Assembly: GCA_001819815.1 (NCBI GenBank)
Contig: MHNO01000009.1
Span: forward strand, 147,016 to 211,015
Source: Candidatus Ryanbacteria bacterium RIFCSPHIGHO2_02_FULL_45_17b
GTDB lineage: Bacteria > Patescibacteriota > Minisyncoccia > Ryanbacterales > 2-02-FULL-48-12
DNA length: 64,000 nt
Direction: 5' to 3'
Each line of letters starts with the position of its first letter. Position 1 is the first letter of the stretch. Under the pieces are notes generated by a model that saw nothing but the letters and a program-made list of their open reading frames with translations, did not search any database and was not told the origin of the DNA. The position numbers and the translations under genes are program-made. Shown piece by piece: positions 28,102 through 38,183 of the stretch.

Positions 28102-29859
28102 ATGGCGTCATCAAAGAAGCATTTTTTAGTTTTTGTTGGCATCCTCCTTCTTGCCATATTCTTTCGTTTCTGGCACATAACAGATATTCCCCCGGGATTA
28201 TATCCCGATGAAGCGATGAACGGCTCAAACGCGCTCCAGGCGCTTGAAAGCGGAAATTTCCGCGCTTACTATATAGACAATAACGGACGCGAAGGGTTGT
28301 TTATTAATCTGCAAGCTCTTGCCATTTGGTTTTTGGGAAATGAAGCGTGGGTATTACGGTTTGTAAGTGCGATATTTGGGATAGTAGCAGTTTGGGGGAT
28401 TTTTTTGCTGACACGAGAATTATTTTGGGACGGCGACTCGCAAACTCAAAGCTCAAAACTCAAAGCTCAAAACTACAACTCAAAATTAAAAACCGAAATA
28501 ATTGCCCTCCTCTCTTCTTTTTTCCTTGCCACCAGTTACTGGCACGTTACACTTTCTCGTCTTGGGTTTCGCGCAATTACCACGCCCACGTTTTCCATTT
28601 TGGCGTTTTATTTTCTGTTCCGCGGCATGCGGAGAAACTCCATGGTTGATTTCGCGCTTTCGGGCATCATGCTAGGCCTTGGCCTCAACGGTTACATCGC
28701 GTTCCGGTTTCTTCCGTTCGCGTTTGCGGTGCCTGTTCTTATCGGCCTTTGGCGATGGTGGAATACAAAACCACGCGGCACAGAATGGAAGGCTTCCGGC
28801 ATAGGATTTTCGGAGGGCGGCGTTGGGGTGGTGGGCGAAGAAAATTCTATGCCGGAAGCCCCAAATACGTGTTTCCCATGCGCGGTTGTGTTAATAGGAA
28901 TTTTTGTCATTGCCACCTGCACCCCGCTTATCATGTATTTTACGGAACACCCGAATGATTTTGCCACGCGCACCGGACAGGTTTCTGTATTTGCCGATGA
29001 GCACCCGCTCCGCGCGTTTGCGGTATCAAACATAAAAACAATCGGCATGGTGAGTGTGTTTGGTGACTGTAATTCACGGCATAATTTTCCTTGTTTCCCC
29101 GTACTACACCCGTTTTTGGCGCTTGGATTTTTTTATGGATTATTTTTGATGATAAAAAAACCAACCAGTCTTACCTTTGCCACATTACTTGCCTGGTTAT
29201 TTTTTCTTTCACTTCCCGCTACTCTTACGCGTGAGGGCATGCCGCACGCCCTGCGTTCCATCGGCATGATTCCGCCCGTAATGATTATTGCCGCGTTTGG
29301 CGCGTATGTGTTTTGGGAAAAGTTATTTTCTGACAAAAAAATCCCCCTTACTCCCCCTTTTTCAAAGGGGGAACTCCTCCCTTTGAAAAAGGGAGGCTGG
29401 GAGGGATTTCAAAATAAAAAAACAACAATTTTTTTTCTTTTGCTTGTTTCCATTCCACTCACAACAGGATATTTATATTTTAATGTATGGGCAAAAGCGC
29501 CTTCCACCGCATCCGCTTTCTCACAAGATTTGTCGGAACTTGCAATGTATGTGCGTTCACTCCCGAAAGAAACTAAAAAATATCTTATTGTGGAACTTGA
29601 TCACGAAGGCCTTCCTGTCTCGGCGCAATCGGTAGTGTATCTTACAAACACCGCAACCACTCAATCACAACATGAACATAATGTAACATACCTTCCGCGC
29701 GTGGGTACTCTGCGCCATATCACGCTTGATGATAAGCCTGCCATCATTGGTTTTGTGGCATTTCATGACAATGCGCTTGAACAAGAACTTGAGCGCGCGT
29801 TCCCTTCACTGATAAAAGAAACCTACGGAGGATTTACGGTGTACTCTTACAAACCATAA
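28102..29859 (+). CDS. Membrane glycosyltransferase, GT-C fold (ArnT/PMT, GT39/GT83-like)
   Basis: N-terminal block RFWHITDIPPGLYPDEAMNGSNA and many TM helices. Contains an in-frame 14-bp tandem repeat and an in-frame palindromic insert. Confidence 0.65.
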   Translation: MASSKKHFLVFVGILLLAIFFRFWHITDIPPGLYPDEAMNGSNALQALESGNFRAYYIDNNGREGLFINLQALAIWFLGNEAWVLRFVSAIFGIVAVWGIFLLTRELFWDGDSQTQSSKLKAQNYNSKLKTEIIALLSSFFLATSYWHVTLSRLGFRAITTPTFSILAFYFLFRGMRRNSMVDFALSGIMLGLGLNGYIAFRFLPFAFAVPVLIGLWRWWNTKPRGTEWKASGIGFSEGGVGVVGEENSMPEAPNTCFPCAVVLIGIFVIATCTPLIMYFTEHPNDFATRTGQVSVFADEHPLRAFAVSNIKTIGMVSVFGDCNSRHNFPCFPVLHPFLALGFFYGLFLMIKKPTSLTFATLLAWLFFLSLPATLTREGMPHALRSIGMIPPVMIIAAFGAYVFWEKLFSDKKIPLTPPFSKGELLPLKKGGWEGFQNKKTTIFFLLLVSIPLTTGYLYFNVWAKAPSTASAFSQDLSELAMYVRSLPKETKKYLIVELDHEGLPVSAQSVVYLTNTATTQSQHEHNVTYLPRVGTLRHITLDDKPAIIGFVAFHDNALEQELERAFPSLIKETYGGFTVYSYKP

Positions 29860-29869
29860 TGTCAGACTC

Positions 29870-29960
29870 CCACTTTATTTGTAAGAAAATTGTTCTACGA
29901 TGGCCTCTATTTGCTTATACCTGTCGGCCATAAAGAACAATTTTCTTACAAATAAAGTGG
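29870..29960. repeat. 27-bp perfect inverted repeat (29870-29896 / 29934-29960) with a 37-nt loop, between the tandem glycosyltransferase genes
   Basis: ccactttatttgtaagaaaattgttct ... agaacaattttcttacaaataaagtgg; loop carries a nested atggcc/ggccat stem. Confidence 0.6.
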
Positions 29961-29988
29961 AGAACGCATAAAGCGAGATAACAAATAT

Positions 29989-31779
29989 ATGAACTACTAT
30001 CACATACTCGCCATCGTTTTTTTCCTTCTTATGGGAGCCCTTATGATAGCTTCCATTTCTGATGAAAGCCTTACATTTGATGAACTTGCGCACATTGCAG
30101 CGGGCTTTGGGTATCTCAAAGAGCAAGACTATCGCCTAAATGCAGAACATCCGCCACTGATAAAATATCTTGCAGCTTTGGGCGCGGATATTGCGGTACA
30201 CCCCTATTTTCCGACAAACACCGCGCCTTGGCAAAATGAAACAAAAAACCAATGGGCGCAGTGGGACCACGGCACTATTTTTCTGTATCAATCGGGAAAC
30301 GACGCGGACGCTGTTATATTTTGGTCGCGCGTGCCTATGATACTTCTCACTCTCCTCTTGGGTATTCTTCTCTATTCATGGAGCTACCGACAATTTGGAG
30401 GACGCGTCGCACTATTGGCCGTTGCACTTTACACATTTTCGCCAACCATTCTTGCGCATGGACGCTACGTTACCACCGACATCGGCGCATCGCTTGGATT
30501 TTTTATCGGCATAACCACGTTCGTCTCGTTTCTTCAAAAAAGAACATGGTCAAGCTTTTTTATTGCCGGTATCGCATTTGGTATAGCACAGCTTTTAAAA
30601 TTTTCGCTTATTCTTCTTATTCCCATGTATGGCATTCTTCTGCTTTTGTGGGCATGGTCGCATCCGGATTTTATCACCATTCGTGAACGCATTACAATGT
30701 TTTTTGTTTATGCGACTCGTACCATAGGCGTGGGAATTGTTGGCATAGCGGTCGTGTGGATTGCTTATGCCCAAGTAACCGCGGGCTACCCGATTGATCG
30801 CAACCTACGTGACGCTTCTACCCTGCTTAAAACGTATCGATTTAGATCACACGTCCAAGCAACAGAATTTTTAATACAGCACCGCATTACGCGCCCTCTC
30901 GGGCAATATCTCACGGGCGTACTTCTTGCGAATCAGCGCGCGGCTGGCGGCAACACCACCTATTTTCTTGGCACGGTATCTTCTAGCGGCTCTTTCGCTT
31001 ATTTTCCGCTTTTATATGCCGTAAAAGAACAGATCATTCTTCATGTTCTAAGCGCAGCCGCACTTGCAGGGTTTTTATTGCGCGTGTGGAAACGGAGAAC
31101 CATGTCTCTGCGAAAGCGTATTCAAGCATGGATTGCCTCACATCTTAATCTTGTAGGAGCATGCACGGTGGTTGGAGTATACTGGACTATTTCACTTATC
31201 TCTCCGCTCAATATCGGCCTGCGGCATGTTTTGCCGACATTTCCTTTTATATATGTACTTGTTGCGTATGGCGCGGAGAGATTTTTCACAACAAACACAG
31301 ACGGCTCCGCCAGATGGCAAACCACGCGCATCCCGCAAGCGCTGTGTATGGCAATTGTTCTTCTCTTAGCCGGCATTGCCATTCGCGCATATCCGTATTA
31401 TCTCTCTTACTACAACGCACTCGGTGGCGGCACGGAAAATGGATACCGTATCGCGGTAGACTCCAACTACGACTGGGGGCAAGATTTCAAACGCCTTCGC
31501 GCATATATGGACGAGCATGGCATTGAAAAAATTGCGCTGGATTATTTTGGAGGCGCCTCCCGTGATTATTACCTCCCCAGCCGCGTAGACGGCTGGTGGT
31601 CAGCACGTGGCATGCCACAGGGATATTTCGCCATCTCTTCCACCCTGCGGGAAGGCGCGCTTGCCTCATGGGATCCGCGTCTCACACCACCCAAACCAGA
31701 AGAAACATACCCTTGGCTCCGCGGCAAAGAACCCATCGGCCGCGCAGGCATGTCTATATTTATTTACAAGTTCCCGTAA
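29989..31779 (+). CDS. Membrane glycosyltransferase, GT-C fold (PMT_2/DUF2723-like)
   Basis: SLTFDELAHIAAGFGYL...EHPPLIKYL; 12+ TM helices; large C-terminal periplasmic domain. Confidence 0.6.
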   Translation: MNYYHILAIVFFLLMGALMIASISDESLTFDELAHIAAGFGYLKEQDYRLNAEHPPLIKYLAALGADIAVHPYFPTNTAPWQNETKNQWAQWDHGTIFLYQSGNDADAVIFWSRVPMILLTLLLGILLYSWSYRQFGGRVALLAVALYTFSPTILAHGRYVTTDIGASLGFFIGITTFVSFLQKRTWSSFFIAGIAFGIAQLLKFSLILLIPMYGILLLLWAWSHPDFITIRERITMFFVYATRTIGVGIVGIAVVWIAYAQVTAGYPIDRNLRDASTLLKTYRFRSHVQATEFLIQHRITRPLGQYLTGVLLANQRAAGGNTTYFLGTVSSSGSFAYFPLLYAVKEQIILHVLSAAALAGFLLRVWKRRTMSLRKRIQAWIASHLNLVGACTVVGVYWTISLISPLNIGLRHVLPTFPFIYVLVAYGAERFFTTNTDGSARWQTTRIPQALCMAIVLLLAGIAIRAYPYYLSYYNALGGGTENGYRIAVDSNYDWGQDFKRLRAYMDEHGIEKIALDYFGGASRDYYLPSRVDGWWSARGMPQGYFAISSTLREGALASWDPRLTPPKPEETYPWLRGKEPIGRAGMSIFIYKFP

Positions 31780-31794
31780 ATCTATATTCTTCAA

Positions 31795-32640
31795 CTACTC
31801 ACAGGTGCCTGCTTCCACGGTCCAGGCGCCGGCTTTTGAAATAAAGGCGCGGTAAGCAACATGAGCGGCATCATACATCTGAAAACAGCTCCCTTTCGTT
31901 GTGGCTGTGGTGCCAACATGAATAGTGGTGGTACCGGAGCTTGAAAGAGAAAGAAGAGAAGCCGGACTCGTCGTCCCGATACCGACGTTGCCGGTGCTTG
32001 TAATCCTCATATATTCCGTCAAATCACCAGAAGCCCCGACACGAGCCGAGAGTTGGAGATAGCCCGCCCTGTTGCCGGACGTACCATTTTCTTTTCTTCC
32101 TGCAATTGCGGCAAAACTCCTGCTTGGAGCACCACCTGTTGTATCAACTCCACCAAGGACAATCTGACCACCCAAATCAATTGCCATATCGTCTGATGTA
32201 AATGCTCCTATCTGACCCAAACCACCTGACAGTATAGTATTGGCAGAAATTACATCCAATTTCATCCTCGGTCCCGCTGTCCCGATGCCGACGTTGCCGG
32301 AATTTAAAACAGTAAACAAGGTGCTTGTGGAAGTAAGTGTAGAACTTGCTACGGTAAATAATGGAAATTTTTGGTCGGAGAGAGCAGCGCGGTTGGCAAC
32401 AGAAAGAAGTGCGCTTGGTGTTGTTGTTCCCCCAAAGAGCGCATTTGAATATCCCACAATATTCCCCGTTGCCTGCACCGTAGATGTTGCAAAAAGATGC
32501 CCTGTTACGCTTACGTTTGTGCCGATTGTTGTCGCGATGGTAGAAAATGCTGTGAACAGAAGCGCTCCGGCAATAAAGAAAATACTACCGACAATAATTT
32601 CTTTGCGTATCGTAAACGCAGGTATGTGAATGTCATGCAT
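31795..32640 (-). CDS. Secreted/anchored repeat protein (Thr/Ser/Gly-rich, GNVGIGT repeats, C-terminal Cys pair)
   Basis: N-terminal hydrophobic anchor, low-complexity T/S/G repeats, GNVGIGT x3. Start at the internal ATG (MHDIHIP). Confidence 0.4.
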   Translation of the reverse strand: MHDIHIPAFTIRKEIIVGSIFFIAGALLFTAFSTIATTIGTNVSVTGHLFATSTVQATGNIVGYSNALFGGTTTPSALLSVANRAALSDQKFPLFTVASSTLTSTSTLFTVLNSGNVGIGTAGPRMKLDVISANTILSGGLGQIGAFTSDDMAIDLGGQIVLGGVDTTGGAPSRSFAAIAGRKENGTSGNRAGYLQLSARVGASGDLTEYMRITSTGNVGIGTTSPASLLSLSSSGTTTIHVGTTATTKGSCFQMYDAAHVAYRAFISKAGAWTVEAGTCE

Positions 32641-32707
32641 ACCAACAAGTGTACCCCCCCCCAATGGGAGAAGTGTATATGAGGACTGTGGATAAGTTGT
32701 GTGGTGT

Positions 32708-33466
32708 TCAGCGCTTCTTGTAGAATACTTTTCCCTCAAAGCGAATATCTATATATTCAAGTTTTGCGCGGTCTGTTAGATGCTGATCCAATACCAGTCT
32801 CAAATTCTCGAGCGCTTGCTCTTTATTTGTGCGTTCATCAAACAAGACATACCATCCGTCATCTGTAAGAAGTTCAGTTTGATCCTGAAACACGCGCCCC
32901 AACCTAACCTCTCGTACAATAATCGTATAGCGGTCCGCCAACATATCAACTACCTGGCGCAAAAATACCGCTTCTGATTCTTTTATTGCCCGTTCTCCCA
33001 ACATAAAAAACGCCGATATAACTCGCTGATCCGTAATACGAAATAGCACATTCCCACTAAGCTGGGGGGCTTCGGTAACTAATACACCATCTTCAGCAAT
33101 ATAAAAACAATCACGTACGCTTATTTTGCAATATAAACCCCACGGAGAACGTTCCAAAACACTCAATGCAAGCTCTCGTGAAAAAGAACGGGAAACGCTT
33201 GCGGTAGAAAGCTGGGGAAATGTTTTCAAGATATGTGCTTCAAACAAATGCGGGCGAAACAACAATATATTGCTCCGTGGAAAAAACCATGCTACGCGCT
33301 CGGAAAGAAAACTGTTTGCGATATTCATAATCTCTTCAGATGAAACTGATGCATTGCCGGAAAGAGAAATAGGTCCGAACCGAAGCCGCGGCGACAATAA
33401 TAAAAAGAGGATACTCCCCGTTACTAAGACAAAAAAAATACCAAAACGCAAAAAAAACTTCTGCAT
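32708..33466 (-). CDS. ftsQ: Cell division protein FtsQ/DivIB-like (POTRA)
   Basis: Single N-terminal TM then POTRA-like region. Position with murD/alr fits a dcw cluster remnant. Confidence 0.5.
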   Translation of the reverse strand: MQKFFLRFGIFFVLVTGSILFLLLSPRLRFGPISLSGNASVSSEEIMNIANSFLSERVAWFFPRSNILLFRPHLFEAHILKTFPQLSTASVSRSFSRELALSVLERSPWGLYCKISVRDCFYIAEDGVLVTEAPQLSGNVLFRITDQRVISAFFMLGERAIKESEAVFLRQVVDMLADRYTIIVREVRLGRVFQDQTELLTDDGWYVLFDERTNKEQALENLRLVLDQHLTDRAKLEYIDIRFEGKVFYKKR

Positions 33467-33510
33467 CTTCGCGCGTTTTTGTTTGGTTCGGTGTTGTGTT
33501 AAAACCGATC

Positions 33511-34665
33511 TCATATAATTATGCGCGGTATTAATGGATTAATGCACGTGGTGATTTCATAATTGATCGTACTAATGCGACTTGCCAATTCTTCAGCGCT
33601 GATACATTCCCTGCCTTGCCGTCCTAAAAGCACCACTTCATCTCCGGGCTTCACGCCACGGAGCTTTGTGATATCAAGCATACAGATATTCATACAAATA
33701 TTGCCCACTATGGGTACACGCCTTCCGCCGACCAACACCGCGCCATTATTTGAAAATCCGCGGTCAAACCCGTCCCAATACCCGATGGGAATAACGGCGA
33801 TCTTCATCTCCTTCTGTGCTTTATAGGTGCGGTCATACCCAATAGTTTTTCCGGCCGGAATGGTTTTTACTTGAGCCACACGCGTCTTCCAGGTAAGAGC
33901 AGGTTTGAGTGCTACTTGCTTTTTTACTTTATCAGCTACTTCGGGAGATGGGTACATACCATAGAGCGCAATGCCCAAGCGTGCCATAGTAAAATGCGCC
34001 TCTGGATACAATAACAAAGCTGCGCTCGCGGCGGTGTGCAGATATTGCGGACGTACACCTTCCTCCTCAAAAATCTTGATCGCATTCTGGAAGGCCAAAA
34101 GCTGTTCTTTGTAGTAACGTGACTTTGGGTTTTCTGTATCGGCAAAATGTGTATAGGCTCCTTGGACTATTACCTGCGGCGCAGATTTTTTAAGCGCCCG
34201 AGCAAACGCACTCACATCTTCGGGCATCACACCCTGCCGATGAGTGCCTGTTTCGAGCTTAACGTGCACAAAAACTTTTTTACGCATTTTTTTCGCAAGG
34301 CGCGTAAGCTCTTTGAGCATTGGAATATCATACAAGCACACGCGAAAATTATTCCTGACTACATCCACCAGCATAGCAGATGGCACATAGCCGAGGATGA
34401 GAATTGGATTTTTTATGCCAGATTTTTTGAGTATGAGAGCTTCGTCAATTGAATCCACCCCAAACCAGACAATCGGAGGTTTCGCCTCCGAATAATATTC
34501 GGAGGCGAAACCTCCGATTGTCTTGATAACTTTGACAATACCATGACCATAGGCGTTGGATTTTACTATTGCCATTACAGCGACACCTTTGCCAAGATGT
34601 TTCGTGAGCGCCAAAAAATTATGCCGCAACGAGACGGCATCTACCTCAACCCAGGTTTTATACAT
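33511..34665 (-). CDS. alr: Alanine racemase
   Basis: PLP-lysine motif AIVKSNAYGHG. Confidence 0.8.
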   Translation of the reverse strand: MYKTWVEVDAVSLRHNFLALTKHLGKGVAVMAIVKSNAYGHGIVKVIKTIGGFASEYYSEAKPPIVWFGVDSIDEALILKKSGIKNPILILGYVPSAMLVDVVRNNFRVCLYDIPMLKELTRLAKKMRKKVFVHVKLETGTHRQGVMPEDVSAFARALKKSAPQVIVQGAYTHFADTENPKSRYYKEQLLAFQNAIKIFEEEGVRPQYLHTAASAALLLYPEAHFTMARLGIALYGMYPSPEVADKVKKQVALKPALTWKTRVAQVKTIPAGKTIGYDRTYKAQKEMKIAVIPIGYWDGFDRGFSNNGAVLVGGRRVPIVGNICMNICMLDITKLRGVKPGDEVVLLGRQGRECISAEELASRISTINYEITTCINPLIPRIII

Positions 34666-34732
34666 ATGAGAATTACGAACCATGAATTAAGAATCAAGGA
34701 TAAAAGACCCCTTTATTCTTACTTCTTGATTC

Positions 34733-36001
34733 TTACTTCCGACGTTCGATCCTCTCCTTCCCCATCCACTTCCGTAATACCTCCGGCACCATCACTGATC
34801 TATCTTCCTGCTGGTAGTTCTCTAGAAGCGAAATTAAAATGCGAGGGGTAGCAATCATGGTATTATTAAGCGAGTGGGCAAATTTCAATTTCCCTTCTGC
34901 GTCACGATAGCGAATATTTAATCTCCGTGTTTGAAAATCATGGAAATAAGACGACGAGTGCGTCTCGCCATATTTTTGCTGGCTTGGGATCCATGTTTCG
35001 ATATCATATTTTTTCACCTGCCCCAATCCAAGATCAGCTCCACAATTCACCACCACACGATAGGGCAAGTCCAACTGCTGTAGCATCTCTTCTGCGTTTT
35101 TCGTAAGTTCTTCATGCCACTTAACGGATTCTTCGTGATCAGCCTGACATAAAACCACCTGCTCCACTTTCATAAATTCATGCACACGATACAATCCTTT
35201 GGTATCTTTTCCATAACTGCCTGCCTCACTCCGAAAACACGAAGAAAACCCGGCAACAGTCATCGGAAGATCTTTGGCTTCAAAGATTTCGTCCTCAAAC
35301 ATGCCCATCATGGATACTTCCGCCGTCCCTGAAAGATACAAATCATTTCCCACTTTATATACTTCATCTTTTCCTTGTGGCAACCACCCCGTTCCCACCA
35401 ACGTGGCACCTCTTACAAGCGCCGGCGCCATGTGCACGGTAAAACCTTTTTTCTCTAACGCCTCAAACGCAAACTGCCACAGCGCCAATGAAAGCATTGC
35501 CGCATCTCCCTTTAAAAAATAACCCCTGAATCCTGAAACTTTCGCGCCTCGTTCAAAATCCGCGAGATCAAGTTCCTGCAATAATGTAATGTGATCCTTC
35601 GGCTCAAACGTAAAGTGTGGTTTCTCTCCATACGTTCGAACCTCTTGATTGTCGGCATCTGAATTACCATCAGGAACCGATAAATCGGGGATATTGGGCA
35701 CCAAAAGCAACAACTGCGTATATTCTTCTTCAATTATTCTCAATTCTTCTTCTTTATGGGAAATTCGTTCTTTCAATTCTCGCATAGCCACAATAGCTTC
35801 TTCCCGCTCTTCTCCGGCCATATGAGAAATTTTCTCACTTGCTGTATTCTGCTGGGCACGAAATGTATCTGTTTCCTTAATAAGCCCACGACGTTTTTCA
35901 TCAAGCCCCAGAAGGTTGTCAACATCAATATCCGCCCGCTTTTTCCGGACGGCTTCCTTTATTAAATCAGGGTTATCACGAATAAAACCAATATCAAGCA
36001 T
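34733..36001 (-). CDS. serS: Seryl-tRNA synthetase
   Basis: N-terminal coiled-coil arm; class II motifs (FRSEAGS..., GETHSSS); 422 aa. Confidence 0.9.
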   Translation of the reverse strand: MLDIGFIRDNPDLIKEAVRKKRADIDVDNLLGLDEKRRGLIKETDTFRAQQNTASEKISHMAGEEREEAIVAMRELKERISHKEEELRIIEEEYTQLLLLVPNIPDLSVPDGNSDADNQEVRTYGEKPHFTFEPKDHITLLQELDLADFERGAKVSGFRGYFLKGDAAMLSLALWQFAFEALEKKGFTVHMAPALVRGATLVGTGWLPQGKDEVYKVGNDLYLSGTAEVSMMGMFEDEIFEAKDLPMTVAGFSSCFRSEAGSYGKDTKGLYRVHEFMKVEQVVLCQADHEESVKWHEELTKNAEEMLQQLDLPYRVVVNCGADLGLGQVKKYDIETWIPSQQKYGETHSSSYFHDFQTRRLNIRYRDAEGKLKFAHSLNNTMIATPRILISLLENYQQEDRSVMVPEVLRKWMGKERIERRK

Positions 36002-36044
36002 ATATAAAACTCAAAACGCGGCTATCCACCTAAGGTTTAGAGTA

Positions 36045-37286
36045 CTATATTTTTAAGCTTTTGACTATCTCATTAAACTTCTTTCCTCTCTCTTTATAGT
36101 TTTTGAACATATCAAAACTCGCAGCACCGGGGGAAAATACAATGTTCCATAGTTCTCCCTTTTTTCGCCTTTTCATCACGTACCTGAAAGCCGTGCGCAC
36201 TGCCTTTTCCAACTCATGAACCTCTGTAATCTCTTCTCCCTTGAATGCTTTTTTAAGTAACGAAGTATTTTCGCCCACAAGCACCACATGTTGCAACGCG
36301 GGCCAACGTGCCACACGTTTAAGCGCGTCATAGGGAAACCCTTTATCACGCCCGCCCGCAATCAATATAGTTGGCGTTTCAAACGCTTGAATAGCGGCGG
36401 CAGTTGAGATGGGATTGGTTGATGCTGAATCGTTATAAAACAAAATACCATCAAGGTCGCGCACTTTTTGTAGACGAAGCGGATTACCGACAAATCTCTG
36501 AACCACTCGTTTTATAATAGCTGGATCACAATCAAGATATAACGCAACAGACGCCGCCATCACTGCATTACGAAAATTATGCATCCCCCGCATTTGAAGA
36601 TCCTTCACGGAAAATAAAGTAAACGCCTCTGGCCGAATGTCTATGTGTTTGCCGTGACTTTGTTTTGCAAGGTCTGTGGCGTACGTATTATCCGAAAAAT
36701 AAAAAACAACGTCTTGTTCTTTTTGGTGAGCCACAATTCCCCCTTTTGCTTCGAGATATTCTTCAAACGACTCATGCGCATCCAAATGATCAGGAAATAT
36801 ATCAAGCACAACCGCAATTCGTGGAGAAAACAAAAGATGATGCAGTTGGAAGCTGGAAAGCTCCAGAATCGCGATAGATGTATTATATAGTTTCGGCAAC
36901 ACATCAAGCATGGGAATCCCGATGTTGCCCGCAATATAGGCATCTTTTTTACACTGCTTCAATATGCGATACAGAAGCGTACTCGTAGTCCCCTTGCCTT
37001 TTGTTCCGGTAACACCAATAAGAAGCCCTTTCGCGTGATCAAAAAAAAGCGCAGTCGCACTGGTAAACATGGTGCCATTTGCATAAGCTTTTGCCACTTC
37101 CGGAAGTGAAAACGGAACGCCGGGTGATTTTATAATCAAATCATATGCGTCAAGATGCCCAAGATAGGTTTTGCCTTGTTTCTTATCAAGGATATCAATC
37201 TCCGCGTTTTTATATCGGGGCGTTCTTTTTAAAAACCGAAGTACTGATTTTCCTTCTTTTCCAAACCCAAGAATTGCTATACGCAT
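36045..37286 (-). CDS. murD: UDP-N-acetylmuramoylalanine--D-glutamate ligase
   Basis: Rossmann-like N-domain ILGFGKEGKS; Mur ligase P-loop GVTGTKGKGTTSTLL. Confidence 0.7.
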   Translation of the reverse strand: MRIAILGFGKEGKSVLRFLKRTPRYKNAEIDILDKKQGKTYLGHLDAYDLIIKSPGVPFSLPEVAKAYANGTMFTSATALFFDHAKGLLIGVTGTKGKGTTSTLLYRILKQCKKDAYIAGNIGIPMLDVLPKLYNTSIAILELSSFQLHHLLFSPRIAVVLDIFPDHLDAHESFEEYLEAKGGIVAHQKEQDVVFYFSDNTYATDLAKQSHGKHIDIRPEAFTLFSVKDLQMRGMHNFRNAVMAASVALYLDCDPAIIKRVVQRFVGNPLRLQKVRDLDGILFYNDSASTNPISTAAAIQAFETPTILIAGGRDKGFPYDALKRVARWPALQHVVLVGENTSLLKKAFKGEEITEVHELEKAVRTAFRYVMKRRKKGELWNIVFSPGAASFDMFKNYKERGKKFNEIVKSLKI

Positions 37287-37366
37287 ATGCCGACTGTACC
37301 TCATTTATAAAAAAGAAAAAAGCCCATATCATCATATTCACATATGAAATATAGGCTTTGTAAGCA

Positions 37367-38170
37367 TTATTCAGTGAGGCGGCAAATTTCTTGCACCGCC
37401 ATCGCTTCTTCTTCTGTGCAATCCCATTCTACCTTTCCCAGCCATTCGAGTAACATAGTAGCAACTTTCTGCTCTATTGCGAACGTATCTGGAAAATCTC
37501 CGAACAATCTATGCCGCCCGCCATCTATCGTACTCATTTGCAATCCTGAACGAGCTGCATGGTTGAAGTAAGCAGCAGAAATGTCACCCAATGTTTTAGT
37601 TACAATAGCATCACCACGGTATCGAATGATATGACATCGTGAGATATTTTCTAAGATGCCAAAAACTTCCGAGTCCCGCCATGATCCTTCAGAAAATTGG
37701 GGCTCCCAATTTTGAAAGGTGATATCTTGCTCCATCACCTTGCGCGCGTAAGCTGCAGGCGCAGACAATATGCAAGCGTCGACATCCTGTCTCTCCGCAA
37801 CGGCATGAATCGCGATGGGACAACCCATACCATGCCCCATGACCACCAACTCCTCAGGGTTATAGGTTTTCCTCGTGTGCTCAACGACCGCTTTGGTATC
37901 TCTCACACGTGTAAAAAGTCCTGTTTCTTCTTTTATTTTCTTCTCCAACCATCCAACTCCCATGCCATAATAGTCAAACGTTACGGCCCCCCATCCTGCA
38001 TCTACAAACAGTTCAAGAAATGGAATTGTTTTGTAACGTGAAAACGTGAGCGACCCGCCATAGCAAAACACTATGATTTTGCCGTTATACCCATGAACAG
38101 GCATAAGAAGGGTCCTTGTTACAGGAAAAACACCCATTTCAACCGTCTCAACAACATACCTTCCAGACAT
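37367..38170 (-). CDS. Alpha/beta hydrolase
   Basis: Nucleophile elbow GHGMGC (GxSxG-type). Start chosen at the internal ATG. Confidence 0.5.
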   Translation of the reverse strand: MSGRYVVETVEMGVFPVTRTLLMPVHGYNGKIIVFCYGGSLTFSRYKTIPFLELFVDAGWGAVTFDYYGMGVGWLEKKIKEETGLFTRVRDTKAVVEHTRKTYNPEELVVMGHGMGCPIAIHAVAERQDVDACILSAPAAYARKVMEQDITFQNWEPQFSEGSWRDSEVFGILENISRCHIIRYRGDAIVTKTLGDISAAYFNHAARSGLQMSTIDGGRHRLFGDFPDTFAIEQKVATMLLEWLGKVEWDCTEEEAMAVQEICRLTE

Positions 38171-38183
38171 AGAAGAACCTCCT

